A stretch of 64,000 bases of DNA, taken from a virus (taxonomy: Duplodnaviria; Caudoviricetes). Of the stretch, positions 45,925 through 55,339 are shown piece by piece (the stretch's first letter is position 1; each line of letters starts with the position of its first letter). The position numbers and the translations under genes were made by a program. A model generated the notes under the pieces. It had not been told where the DNA came from. It made no database searches and saw nothing but the letters and a program-made list of their open reading frames with translations. The stretch covers positions 1 to 64,000 of the IMG/VR virus record IMGVR_UViG_3300035698_013504; one strand, 5' to 3'.

Positions 45925-47252
45925 CACGCGCACTTGTTGAGCGTCAAATCTACGCCTTTCTCGACGGTATCGACGAGTTTGGAAAACAAGCCTCGATGTC
46001 TGTTGGGCAGACCGAGAACCTGAAAGACGCCGCGCTGCTTCGTATATGGGATGAGATTGGGCGCCCCCCGATTGAGAAGGTTGCAGAGAATCCGCTCGGT
46101 GGCACCATGGATCCTGAAAACCTGGTCAAGCCGGTCCCGATGCCAGAGCCGGACCCCAAGGCACTCGGCGCCTCGCCGGGCCCCGCGGTCAAAATGCCTG
46201 AGCCAGATCCTAAGGCACTCGGCGCCTCGCCGGGACCCGCGGTCAAAATGCCTTCACCGTTTGGCCCTACCCAGTCTGGCGGCAACCTTTCCCCAGGAAA
46301 CAAAGTAGCGCCAGGTAAAACACCTGCGGCAAAACAGACCGCGGTAACCGACCCCAAGAAAACACAGAAGACCCCTGTAAATCGCGCGGGTCTTGTGCAA
46401 CAGTTTATCAACTATGCGATTAAGAACCCCGGACAGCTGGCCATGATTCTTTCGATGTTTACGGCTGGCGGTATCGGCGGAGGTATGATGGGCGGTTGGA
46501 AGGGCGGAATCGCGGGCGCTCTTGCTGGTGGTCTTACGGGTTATGGCCTTAGCACCATCCCCGAACTGCGGCAGTACGCCAAGGGTAAGACACAAAAATT
46601 GTTTGGAATCCGCTCCGGGGATGAGATTGCCAGCGGAGTGGCCAGACATCAGACGTTCAACCCGGTGCATGACGATTCAGACCTGGGAACACTGGGGCCG
46701 GATATCAGGGAATGGATTGAAAACAAGTTTCCTGAAGGTGAAATTATGCGTCATAAGGGCGCGCTCGCGGAGTCTATGGCGGAGTTTGAAGCGGCGAACC
46801 CGGGGCAAATCCCCTTCAAGGACGTAAACATCGAGATGTACAACAGCCTGCGTGAGCAGGTTGGCATGAAAACGCCGTGGACTCCAGCCCAGGGCCTTTC
46901 AGAGTATCTCGCGAACCCGCCACTGCCTGGTGCTGAGGCCACTGCCCAAGCCCCGGCGGCTCCGTTTGTGGTTACGGAAGAGCTAAATACGCAGCTGAAG
47001 AGCATTATAGACAAGATGAATAAGCCCAGGTTGGGGATGGTTCCGCCTGACGCGCTGGTTGGAATTATGATGCCCGGCGAACTTAAAGCACTTCACCCGC
47101 ACGAGCTGGCTACGCTTAAGCAAGCAGCCGCTGCCTTCAGGGCGCATACGGCCCAGCATCCTGAAAACGTACCAATGCCAGGTGTTAAGCCCGAGTTGTG
47201 GCCCGGCGCTGTTCGGCTCTTCAAAATAGGCATTGAGCAAGGTCTCTTTTAG
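45921..47252 (+). CDS. virion-type protein with internal repeat and Gly-rich hydrophobic segment
   Basis: FGKQAS, IEKVAE; GGIGGGMMGGWKGGIAGALAGG. Confidence 0.75.
   Translation: MTRALVERQIYAFLDGIDEFGKQASMSVGQTENLKDAALLRIWDEIGRPPIEKVAENPLGGTMDPENLVKPVPMPEPDPKALGASPGPAVKMPEPDPKALGASPGPAVKMPSPFGPTQSGGNLSPGNKVAPGKTPAAKQTAVTDPKKTQKTPVNRAGLVQQFINYAIKNPGQLAMILSMFTAGGIGGGMMGGWKGGIAGALAGGLTGYGLSTIPELRQYAKGKTQKLFGIRSGDEIASGVARHQTFNPVHDDSDLGTLGPDIREWIENKFPEGEIMRHKGALAESMAEFEAANPGQIPFKDVNIEMYNSLREQVGMKTPWTPAQGLSEYLANPPLPGAEATAQAPAAPFVVTEELNTQLKSIIDKMNKPRLGMVPPDALVGIMMPGELKALHPHELATLKQAAAAFRAHTAQHPENVPMPGVKPELWPGAVRLFKIGIEQGLF
46140..46253 (+). repeat. 54-bp tandem duplication (MPEPDPKALGASPGPAVK x2)
   Basis: 46140-46193 and 46194-46247 differ only at synonymous sites. 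Confidence 0.9.
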
Positions 47253-47269
47253 TAGCGCGTTACAGAACT

Positions 47270-49120
47270 ATGATCAGAACGACACTTGGACAAGTACTTG
47301 TGAACGAGGCGCTCCCGGAAGACCTCCGGGACTATGACCGTGTGTTCACAAAGAAATCAGTGCCCGACCTGTTCATGTCTCTAGCGCAGAATCACCCGGA
47401 GAAGTATCGCGATGTCATTCAGAAACTGATGATGATTGGCCAGGAGGTGTCGACCGGCTACGGCCGTAACGCCAGCCTCTCACTCAAGGATGTAGCCCCA
47501 CCTGAGGAGCGTAAAGACATCCTGGAGAAGCTAGAAGGTGAGATCGCCGCCCTTAACGAGAACCCGACGCTACCTACAGCATCGAGGAACAAGAGTATTA
47601 TCCTCAAGGTGTTGAAAGCCCAACAGCTATTGAAGACCATTAACATGGAAACAGGAGAGCGCGACGGTAACACCTTTGCTCTTCAAATCCTTTCCGGCGC
47701 CCGCGGTAACCCCAACCAGTTCGCATCTCTACGAGTTGGTGATGGACTCGTTACCGATCACCGCGATGACCCTATCCCCATCCCTATCCTTCATAGTTAC
47801 GCTGAGGGCCTGGACCCTGTCGAGTACTGGGCTGGTTCCTACGGTGCGCGTAAGGGTACGATGGCTGGTAACCTCGGTACACCTAAGTCTGGTTTCTTCG
47901 GCAAACAGATCGCGTTGTCAGCCCACCGCATGATTGTCACTGAGAAGGACTGCGGCACAGAGAATGGTATCCCTGTTGACGCAGACGACTCCGACAACGA
48001 AGGCGCCCTGCTCGCCAGAGGATACGGCAAGTACAACGCAAATACGATCATCACACCTCGCATGACTCAGGAGCTTGAGAAGGAGAAGTCGATCCTCGTA
48101 CGATCTCCTATCACCTGCGATGCGGCTAACGGTGTGTGTCAAAAGTGTGTTGGGGTACGTGAACGCGGCACGCTTCCCCCTCTTGGTGATAACGTAGGGG
48201 TGACAGCCGCGACCGCGATCTCTGAACCTATGACGCAGGCGCCCCTCTCCGCCAAGCATACAGGCGGTGTCGCAGAAGAGAAGGACAAGAAGGTGCAGGG
48301 GTTCGACGCAATCAACAGGCTCGTCCAGATCCCTAAGACCTTCCCGGAAGCCGCGACAGTCTCACGAGTTGACGGCGTCGTTACGAATATCATTGAAGCG
48401 CCCCAGGGTGGCCACTTCGTCGAGGTAGGCGGAGAACGCCACTACGTACCCGAAGAGCGCGAGATCACCATTAAAGAGGGCGAGACCCTCGAGGCGGGTG
48501 ACGCGCTGTGTGATGGTATCCACAACCCGGCGGACGTGGCGCAGTACAAAGGTATTGGACAGGCGCGTAAGACATTCGTTGAGCAGTTCCGCCAAGTCGC
48601 AGACAATACGAACATTCGCGTCAACCGCCGGAACCTTGAGCTTCTGTCGCGCGGTATTGTAAACCACGTGCGAGTCAACGAGCTTGACGGTGTCGATGAT
48701 GCGCTGCCGGGGGATGTCCGAGAATTTGACTCCGTGACGAGAGGGTATCAGCCTCGTTACGGCTTCAAGACGTTGACTCCCCAGCGTGCGGTTGGTAGTT
48801 ACCTCGAGAAGCCAATCAACCAGTACTCGATTGGCACAAAGGTTACGCCCCGCATGGTAAAAGAGATGCAGGGCATGGGCATCAAGAAACTTACATCACA
48901 CGTTGACCCGCCTCCCTTTAACCCAGAGATGCGGCGTATCATGGAGACGCTCTCCTACGCCGACGATTGGATGGTAAGGTTAGGCGGTTGGTACTTAAAG
49001 AAGGGGTTGGGCGAAGCCGCGCATTTCGGCTCAACATCTAAGCAGCACGGATCTTCATATATCCCCGCTCTCGCGCAGGGAACCCAGTTCGGGCGGGTGC
49101 CCGAAGGAAAAGGATACTAA
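47270..49120 (+). CDS. RNA polymerase beta-prime C-terminal half
   Basis: TTLGQVLVN, SGARGN, YGARKG..GTPKSG, RSPITC..VCQKCVG, GDNVGVTAATAISEPMTQ..KHTGG. Confidence 0.92.
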   Translation: MIRTTLGQVLVNEALPEDLRDYDRVFTKKSVPDLFMSLAQNHPEKYRDVIQKLMMIGQEVSTGYGRNASLSLKDVAPPEERKDILEKLEGEIAALNENPTLPTASRNKSIILKVLKAQQLLKTINMETGERDGNTFALQILSGARGNPNQFASLRVGDGLVTDHRDDPIPIPILHSYAEGLDPVEYWAGSYGARKGTMAGNLGTPKSGFFGKQIALSAHRMIVTEKDCGTENGIPVDADDSDNEGALLARGYGKYNANTIITPRMTQELEKEKSILVRSPITCDAANGVCQKCVGVRERGTLPPLGDNVGVTAATAISEPMTQAPLSAKHTGGVAEEKDKKVQGFDAINRLVQIPKTFPEAATVSRVDGVVTNIIEAPQGGHFVEVGGERHYVPEEREITIKEGETLEAGDALCDGIHNPADVAQYKGIGQARKTFVEQFRQVADNTNIRVNRRNLELLSRGIVNHVRVNELDGVDDALPGDVREFDSVTRGYQPRYGFKTLTPQRAVGSYLEKPINQYSIGTKVTPRMVKEMQGMGIKKLTSHVDPPPFNPEMRRIMETLSYADDWMVRLGGWYLKKGLGEAAHFGSTSKQHGSSYIPALAQGTQFGRVPEGKGY

Positions 49121-49121
49121 G

Positions 49122-49592
49122 ATGGATATGGAAAAGCAGAGTGCCGCGTTTCAGGCTGGTTTCATCCTCGGCTCCGAAAGTATGGACAAGACGGCGTTTG
49201 GCCCCGAAGATCTTGGTATTACCCCTGAGAATCAGGCGCCCATCTATGGTGGGCTTGGTGGAGCCGCGATTGGTGGGATGTTGCCCCTCCTCATGGGCGG
49301 TAAGAAGAAACGCTCACCGTGGGCGAGCATTCTTGCAGCTCTTGGTGGCGGAGCCCTAGGCGCCGGTGGCGGTATGCTGTACAACCATTACAACCAGAAG
49401 CCCGCGCCCGTAGAGCAGGCTCACGCCAGTACAGACGATGCAAGTCTGAGCGGCGACGCTATGGGCGGACCTGCAGGAGCAGAAGGCCCACAGGACAAGG
49501 CCACCCCGTACGTTGGCGCTGAAACAAACCTTCCGGGAGGAAAACCGGACAAGGACACTGCGGCTAAGCCGGATAAGGAAGATGCCGCGTAG
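49122..49592 (+). CDS. small Gly-rich membrane-type virion protein
   Basis: MEKQSA, MDKTAF; two GxxxG hydrophobic helices. Confidence 0.7.
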   Translation: MDMEKQSAAFQAGFILGSESMDKTAFGPEDLGITPENQAPIYGGLGGAAIGGMLPLLMGGKKKRSPWASILAALGGGALGAGGGMLYNHYNQKPAPVEQAHASTDDASLSGDAMGGPAGAEGPQDKATPYVGAETNLPGGKPDKDTAAKPDKEDAA

Positions 49593-49669
49593 TAACTATC
49601 AAGCCCATTTCGCCGTAGAGTACAACCTATATAGGCCGCCTAAATGTTTGGTAGCAAGCTAGTTGCTTG

Positions 49670-49698
49670 TTGAGCACGAAACAAATCCGTGCTAAACT
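49670..49698 (+). promoter_or_regulatory. sigma70-type promoter
   Basis: TTGAGC-17 nt-TAAACT, with TG one base before the -10. Confidence 0.6.
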
Positions 49699-49737
49699 GA
49701 AACAGTAATGGCGGTGTAACGGAGGATCGTGAGAGCT

Positions 49738-51936
49738 ATGCCTGGATCCCAACTCGAATCCGCGTTTGCTAACCTTGCGCACGCTCGTCTCAAAGACCGT
49801 GCTCCCGGGCTGTTGGACTTCCTCATTGGATTCCAGCTGCTCGATAAGAATGAGGAAGAGACTCGGGCTGTTGGCGTATTTGGATTCAAAATAAAAGCAG
49901 AATGGTATTACAACCCCGTCTTTTATCTGAACGGCCGCCTCAAAGGCGAGGAGCTCTTGTACATTAAGAGCCAGGATGCCTTTGTGCCGCTGCAGGAGAA
50001 CTGGGTCAACTACTTGACCAGTCGTAGGCCCCGAGTCCTCGGCGAGTTCGAGGAAAAGCCTACGAGTCAGCTTGGGTTCCTAGAGCCTGACCTGTCGATC
50101 TTCCGCAATGCCGACTTCCTGGGCAAGAACAGCTCGTTCCCCCTTGACCAGGATGGTCTGCGCTCTCTATACACTGCGAGCCCCTTCGCCGACAAGTTCG
50201 AGGGTCTTGCTGACAAGTTTCACCTGCCCACCTTCTTGAAGGAAGCAGGCCCCCGCGCTCTCGAGTGTCTTGTTCAGACCATGGTATCCCACGACAAGTT
50301 CGCGGAAGTGGTCTTGAACTTCTACGACTTCGCCGAACTGGCTGAAGCTCGCTTCAACGCGGTGATGGGCAAGCAGGCCGCAGCTAAGCCCGAGGCTGGC
50401 AAACTCGTCATCGTCTCTCGTCGTGACTGGGAAGACCTCCCCGACAACCTCTCGTGTGATGCGCGCGATAAGCTGAGGAATCAGCTCGTTAAGCGTACGA
50501 TCGCAATCGAGGACAACCGCGACGAAGAGGACACGACGGCCGTCTACAACACCGAGACTCTTGGTAAGAGCCTGATGAGCCCCGATGAGAGCGGCCTCTT
50601 TAGTATGCTCATGCGTAACGGGGACATGAAGGAAGTCATGATCTTCAAGTCGCCCTGTAGCCTAGGGTACGACGAAGGGGAAGACGGGTCTAACCGTGTT
50701 GTGGTTGTCGACAAAGCCGAGAAGAACTACGGCAATTGCTGGGCCGACGCGATCTTCGTCACCCCCTCAAAGCCTGACGCTGTTGATGGCTGGAAAGCCT
50801 TCTTTGATAAGTTGCCAGAAGCCACGACCATCGAGGTCGACGGGATCTATATCCTCGTCAACGAGAAGATGCAGTCTTCGACGCCGTTCCAGGTCGAGAA
50901 AACGATTACGAATCCGGACGGTAAAGTCACGGCCAAAATCCACACCCGTGACTACATGAGTTACCGCGACCGTTCAGACCGTCTCAACCCGCCCCCGCGT
51001 AGACGCCACGGTGGTTGTATGCCGTCTTGCGATAGTGGCTCTGCGGATGAAATCGTCCTTACAAAGAAACCAGGAGCTCGCATCACGCGGCTGAGTCGCG
51101 CAGCGTACGTTCCCCTTGGGTACAAGGTGATCAAGTTGTCCGACGAGTTCGGACCCAACAAGATCATTGATCCGGGCACCCTCTCGGATCTGGAACACCA
51201 GATCTTCAAGGTTGGCAGCCTCCGCCACCTTAAGGTCTACACCGCCGACGGTCATGAGTACTTCATCAACACTGACGACAAGGACTTTATGGAGCCTCTG
51301 TCGAAAGATGCCGCACTGCGTTCCCTCGTAGCGCAGCATGGCATTCAGGCTGATGTGGCTTATGACATGATCGGTAGGGCGAAGCGCGACAAGGCTGCGC
51401 GATACTTCGTTAAGTATGCGCGGGCCTATCCTACCTTCAGCTTCCCGGGCGATAACGTTCCTAGCGGGTTTGATGCGAAGAACGGTGTCAATGAGATTGA
51501 GCCTTGGGACAACGAGTACGATGTAGACATGCCGGGCGATGCCCCGCCGAACGAACCCGATATGCCGGATGACGTACGTCGGCTGGCCGAAGATGCCGGT
51601 AATACCGGTCAGAAGGAAGTATTGGACACCTCAGTGCTTGCAGGGCTCGTAAAGACCGTGAATTCTGATGATGTCACCGACAAATATCTAGGGGATATCC
51701 TCCTGGGCCTCGACCGAGTGGGCCGTATCCTCTTCATGTTCTACTGGCACAACGATAAGTTCAGGGAACGCTACGGTCAGCAGGACATGCCTGAGCTGGA
51801 AGACAGTCTACGTAACGTATTCCAGCAGATGGGTGACCTAGCACTCTTCCTCAAGCAGAAGACTGTGGAGCCGGAACCCGGCGATGAGGAAGCTGAACTT
51901 GACCTTGACAGTGTAGCCTCAGGAGGGATGCAGTAA
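49738..51936 (+). CDS. large conserved-looking hypothetical protein (head module)
   Basis: About 730 aa; GGAGG RBS; MGKQAA, FVKYAR; no family recognised. Confidence 0.8.
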   Translation: MPGSQLESAFANLAHARLKDRAPGLLDFLIGFQLLDKNEEETRAVGVFGFKIKAEWYYNPVFYLNGRLKGEELLYIKSQDAFVPLQENWVNYLTSRRPRVLGEFEEKPTSQLGFLEPDLSIFRNADFLGKNSSFPLDQDGLRSLYTASPFADKFEGLADKFHLPTFLKEAGPRALECLVQTMVSHDKFAEVVLNFYDFAELAEARFNAVMGKQAAAKPEAGKLVIVSRRDWEDLPDNLSCDARDKLRNQLVKRTIAIEDNRDEEDTTAVYNTETLGKSLMSPDESGLFSMLMRNGDMKEVMIFKSPCSLGYDEGEDGSNRVVVVDKAEKNYGNCWADAIFVTPSKPDAVDGWKAFFDKLPEATTIEVDGIYILVNEKMQSSTPFQVEKTITNPDGKVTAKIHTRDYMSYRDRSDRLNPPPRRRHGGCMPSCDSGSADEIVLTKKPGARITRLSRAAYVPLGYKVIKLSDEFGPNKIIDPGTLSDLEHQIFKVGSLRHLKVYTADGHEYFINTDDKDFMEPLSKDAALRSLVAQHGIQADVAYDMIGRAKRDKAARYFVKYARAYPTFSFPGDNVPSGFDAKNGVNEIEPWDNEYDVDMPGDAPPNEPDMPDDVRRLAEDAGNTGQKEVLDTSVLAGLVKTVNSDDVTDKYLGDILLGLDRVGRILFMFYWHNDKFRERYGQQDMPELEDSLRNVFQQMGDLALFLKQKTVEPEPGDEEAELDLDSVASGGMQ

Positions 51937-52610
51937 TGTCTAACCCTTACGAATCAGCGAGTCTTGCCCAGACCGCCCAGAGAACCTTTGAGAACCAGCC
52001 TGAGCTACTCATGCGCTGGATGATGAAGAATGGCGGTGCTATGCCCCAGACTGACAAAGAGTGGGAATCCGCCTGGACCTCGTCCATGGCTCCCGCCCAG
52101 TACGGCGGTATGGGTAAGCAGGCGTCTGCGGCGGACTACACTGTTGTAGATCATATCTACGGATTGGTTCTTGCCGCCCGCGGGTTTACGAAGATCGCCA
52201 ACATGGAGAAACAGGCCGCGCCCCAGTCTCCGATGTCTATGTCTGTTGGTAACCCCATCAAGGGTTCGGGGGCCGCAGGGCCTGGTCGTGCCACGCCAGG
52301 TACAACGTCTCCGGCGCCTACTTCGCCAAACGCGCCGGTTAAGACACCGCCCCAGCCAGCTCAACCTGGGCAGCCGATGGGTTTGACGGGTGCGCTTCTG
52401 GGCGCCAACAACGCGCTCAGTACGCCGACACCTGACGCGCGGGCTAGGCTAAAAGCCCTTATCCAGCAGATGCAGGGACAGAACTCGTTGCCCGGTATCT
52501 TGGACAAGGCGCCCCCCCAAGCGCCCCAGCAGTACGTAAAGGGCGACATGATGCTGAACAGTATGAAGGACGCCGTAGGTAAGTCCCAGCTGTTTAGTGG
52601 CGCAAGATAA
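51936..52610 (+). CDS. low-complexity virion-type protein
   Basis: TAATG overlap; MGKQAS, FTKIANMEKQAA. Confidence 0.7.
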   Translation: MSNPYESASLAQTAQRTFENQPELLMRWMMKNGGAMPQTDKEWESAWTSSMAPAQYGGMGKQASAADYTVVDHIYGLVLAARGFTKIANMEKQAAPQSPMSMSVGNPIKGSGAAGPGRATPGTTSPAPTSPNAPVKTPPQPAQPGQPMGLTGALLGANNALSTPTPDARARLKALIQQMQGQNSLPGILDKAPPQAPQQYVKGDMMLNSMKDAVGKSQLFSGAR

Positions 52611-52619
52611 GGGACGGTC

Positions 52620-53909
52620 ATGAAGAGCGAGTATACCGTTACAAATCATCTGCGTGGTTTGGTTCTCGCAACACGCGGGTTCGTCAAGGCCAGTATGTCT
52701 GATGACGTAGTTTCTCCCAATATGGTGATGAATGGACTACGCGCTGCCGTAAGCAACGCGCCGAGACCTAGACACCTGTCACAGATTATGATGAATCAAA
52801 CCATTGAAGATCCGATGGTTAGATCTAATGACGTCAAGAACAGCCTACGGGACGCTGCGGCGGAAATCGCTTCAGGCCCCGGCGGTTCTGATAGCTTCAA
52901 AAGTCTAATGCGGGATATCAGTCAGAAGCCGGTTAACCGCGCCAGCCTACTGCAGGGATTGTTGGACGCGGTAACACACGGCAAGGACTCTCGTCTTGCC
53001 CAGGCCCTAGTGGGCGCCCCCCTGCCGGAGCCAAACGTTCGTGGCAACGCGTTGATGAAGGCCATGCGCGCGTCGGCTACTAATGCAGGGTTACTTGAGT
53101 CCCCCGATGACGATATGGGCAAGCGGTCATCTGCCAGAACTCTAGGTATCGTAAACGGCGCTCTTGACGCTGCACGTAGGCTTAGTAAGACCACTGCGAT
53201 ACAGAAGCTGGCGGGTTTACCCTCGGGCGGCAACACAATGGCAATGCCAGGCGCCCAGCAACATCAGTCGCCGGTTAAACCGCCACAGCCCCTGTCTACG
53301 CGGCCCGCGTCACAGCCCTTGTCTGCGCAGCCCGCACCGTCGATTCAGACTGGTACGCCTAGCGCCCCCGCAGTTGGTGCGCGCACACCGGTACAGCCCG
53401 CGCCCGCACAACCCGCGCCGATTCAACCTGCTGCAACGAAAGCTCCGGCGGCTGCCCCCGGTCCTCAGCCGGAGACCTCACTTCAGAGGATGTCTCGGGT
53501 ATTATGGTTTGGTGGCGGACCGAGCGTACGCAAGAATGACATTCGTTCCAATATGCGTAAACATCTCAACACCTCCAGCGGAGGTTACCACCCGCTACTT
53601 AAGCACATGACACGCCAGAGCGCTGGCCTTTCTGGCCGCGGCGACCCGAACCACGGGCTTACCGAGCGCGGTATAAGGAATAGGGAAGCCTCTAAACAGA
53701 GGCAAGCTCAGATGCAGGCGGAAACTGAGCGGATAAAAGTCGAGATGCATGAAGAGAGAATGAAGGAACTCGAGCGGATGAAAGCTGGGCTGGGGATAGC
53801 AACGCCCAAGCCCGCTGCGGACACAGATGTCGATATTGAGGCAATTTTCAAGGGCAGGCCAGACCTCCTTAAATCATATTTGGAGCTCCGCGAGAAGCGC
53901 CCAGCCTAG
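52620..53909 (+). CDS. low-complexity virion-type protein
   Basis: N-terminus YTVTNHLRGLVLATRGFVK resembles YTVVDHIYGLVLAARGFTK in the previous gene. Confidence 0.7.
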   Translation: MKSEYTVTNHLRGLVLATRGFVKASMSDDVVSPNMVMNGLRAAVSNAPRPRHLSQIMMNQTIEDPMVRSNDVKNSLRDAAAEIASGPGGSDSFKSLMRDISQKPVNRASLLQGLLDAVTHGKDSRLAQALVGAPLPEPNVRGNALMKAMRASATNAGLLESPDDDMGKRSSARTLGIVNGALDAARRLSKTTAIQKLAGLPSGGNTMAMPGAQQHQSPVKPPQPLSTRPASQPLSAQPAPSIQTGTPSAPAVGARTPVQPAPAQPAPIQPAATKAPAAAPGPQPETSLQRMSRVLWFGGGPSVRKNDIRSNMRKHLNTSSGGYHPLLKHMTRQSAGLSGRGDPNHGLTERGIRNREASKQRQAQMQAETERIKVEMHEERMKELERMKAGLGIATPKPAADTDVDIEAIFKGRPDLLKSYLELREKRPA

Positions 53910-53959
53910 TTGGGCGGCTATCTAGAAGGCGCTATAACGTAAACGCATTAGAGAGTAAC

Positions 53960-54262
53960 ATGAGAAAAACTGCAGCTAAGACACTCGGAATAATCAACGG
54001 CACCATTGACGCTGCCGGTATCACCAAAGAAGCCCTTTTCGACTGGTTTCGTGGTAGCAAGAAGGCAACACCTAAGCCAAAGCAACCGGACGTGGTGGGC
54101 AAGGCGAAGACGCCGAAGGTACCGTCGCCCACGCCGCCCATGCAAGCCAAGAGGCCGACACCTAGAGTGCCGGTCAAGAAAAAGAAGTCCAGCTCGTATA
54201 TGGATTATCGTCGCCAGTTGACGTCAACTGGTAAGAAGTATGACGTATTTGGCAATAAGTAG
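53960..54262 (+). CDS. small basic protein
   Basis: MRKTAAKTLGIINGTIDAA resembles SARTLGIVNGALDAA in the 52620 gene. Confidence 0.6.
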   Translation: MRKTAAKTLGIINGTIDAAGITKEALFDWFRGSKKATPKPKQPDVVGKAKTPKVPSPTPPMQAKRPTPRVPVKKKKSSSYMDYRRQLTSTGKKYDVFGNK

Positions 54263-54287
54263 CATACACCCTTATGGAGACTGACTC

Positions 54288-54500
54288 ATGGCGACTGTAC
54301 AGACCACCATCACCAACGCATCTGGTGCAACTCGTAAGTTCACGTGGTTCCCGCCCCATGGTGTGGAGCTTGCTGCTGCTGGAACGAAGACGATCCTCGG
54401 CATCCTCGAGGACAAGCTTGCCCACGAACGCGATCGTGCGGCGTTCCTTGCTGATGTTGCGGCCGGTAACATTACCGTCGCTCACACAGGCTTGAGCTAA
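54288..54500 (+). CDS. small hypothetical protein
   Basis: GGAG RBS; coding-like codon usage. Confidence 0.6.
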   Translation: MATVQTTITNASGATRKFTWFPPHGVELAAAGTKTILGILEDKLAHERDRAAFLADVAAGNITVAHTGLS

Positions 54501-54504
54501 GCAC

Positions 54505-55326
54505 ATGATTGATCTGTCACGAGCACCCGACCATAGGTGGGCGCGTATCGACCAGCTGACTGAGGAAGGTAAAGAGCCCAGTCGCGTATTCGATAACAAG
54601 CACATCAGGCGGGGGAGAAACTTCCTCAGACGGTATAACAAGCATAACTCACAAGGTCATGCCCGTTTGGAAGCTGAATACCCCGACCTTTGGTCAGCCT
54701 TTAACCTTTGGACCGAGACGCTCGGCCCCAAGTGGTTGATTGAGGCTGCGATTCTCGCCGGTCGTTCATCCGAAGAGATTGCAAGCTACCTTTCGTGCTC
54801 TGAAGATCAGATTCGTACGTATGAACGGTACTTCTACGATGTACGTGGAGGTATTAAGTCGAAGGGATGGGTTGTGACGCGGATCTTGATGCCTGCGGTC
54901 GCTCGTAGGCTCGTTTCGCGTGATTACGACTTCCTATGGAAGGTCCTTGCCTACTTCGGCGGGTGGGACGTCCTTGACGCCTTCATTGAGTTCAAGAAGC
55001 TTCCGTCAGAGGTAGAGATCTACCTGGAAGAGGCAACTCGCTCCAAGTTGATCAAAGATGGGTTCGTCGCCGCACACGTACGCGAAGTAAACCAGTACAC
55101 GTCGACCGAGGTCATCGCACAGTGTATTGACCTGAAGCGGCTTGAACTGGAGCAAGGCCACGAGGGAGTTCAGAACAAACTCACGCAGGGTCTTGAGGCT
55201 GTATTTGGTACAATGATGACAGCAATGATACCAAGTAACGCGAAGCTTGACGCTAACGAGCCGCGAGCCATGGATCTGATCACGTCAACAACTGTGCCGG
55301 TCCCGATGCCCGCAGACAAGAAATAA
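54505..55326 (+). CDS. hypothetical protein with HTH-like segment
   Basis: RSSEEIASYLSCSEDQIRTYE; small terminase is only a guess. Confidence 0.65.
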   Translation: MIDLSRAPDHRWARIDQLTEEGKEPSRVFDNKHIRRGRNFLRRYNKHNSQGHARLEAEYPDLWSAFNLWTETLGPKWLIEAAILAGRSSEEIASYLSCSEDQIRTYERYFYDVRGGIKSKGWVVTRILMPAVARRLVSRDYDFLWKVLAYFGGWDVLDAFIEFKKLPSEVEIYLEEATRSKLIKDGFVAAHVREVNQYTSTEVIAQCIDLKRLELEQGHEGVQNKLTQGLEAVFGTMMTAMIPSNAKLDANEPRAMDLITSTTVPVPMPADKK

Positions 55327-55339
55327 AGAGGTGACGGAG

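Noticed and set aside
54505-55326. Small terminase subunit; also 49738-51936 as portal
   Set aside because: Only position and an HTH-like segment support it; no recognisable family motifs
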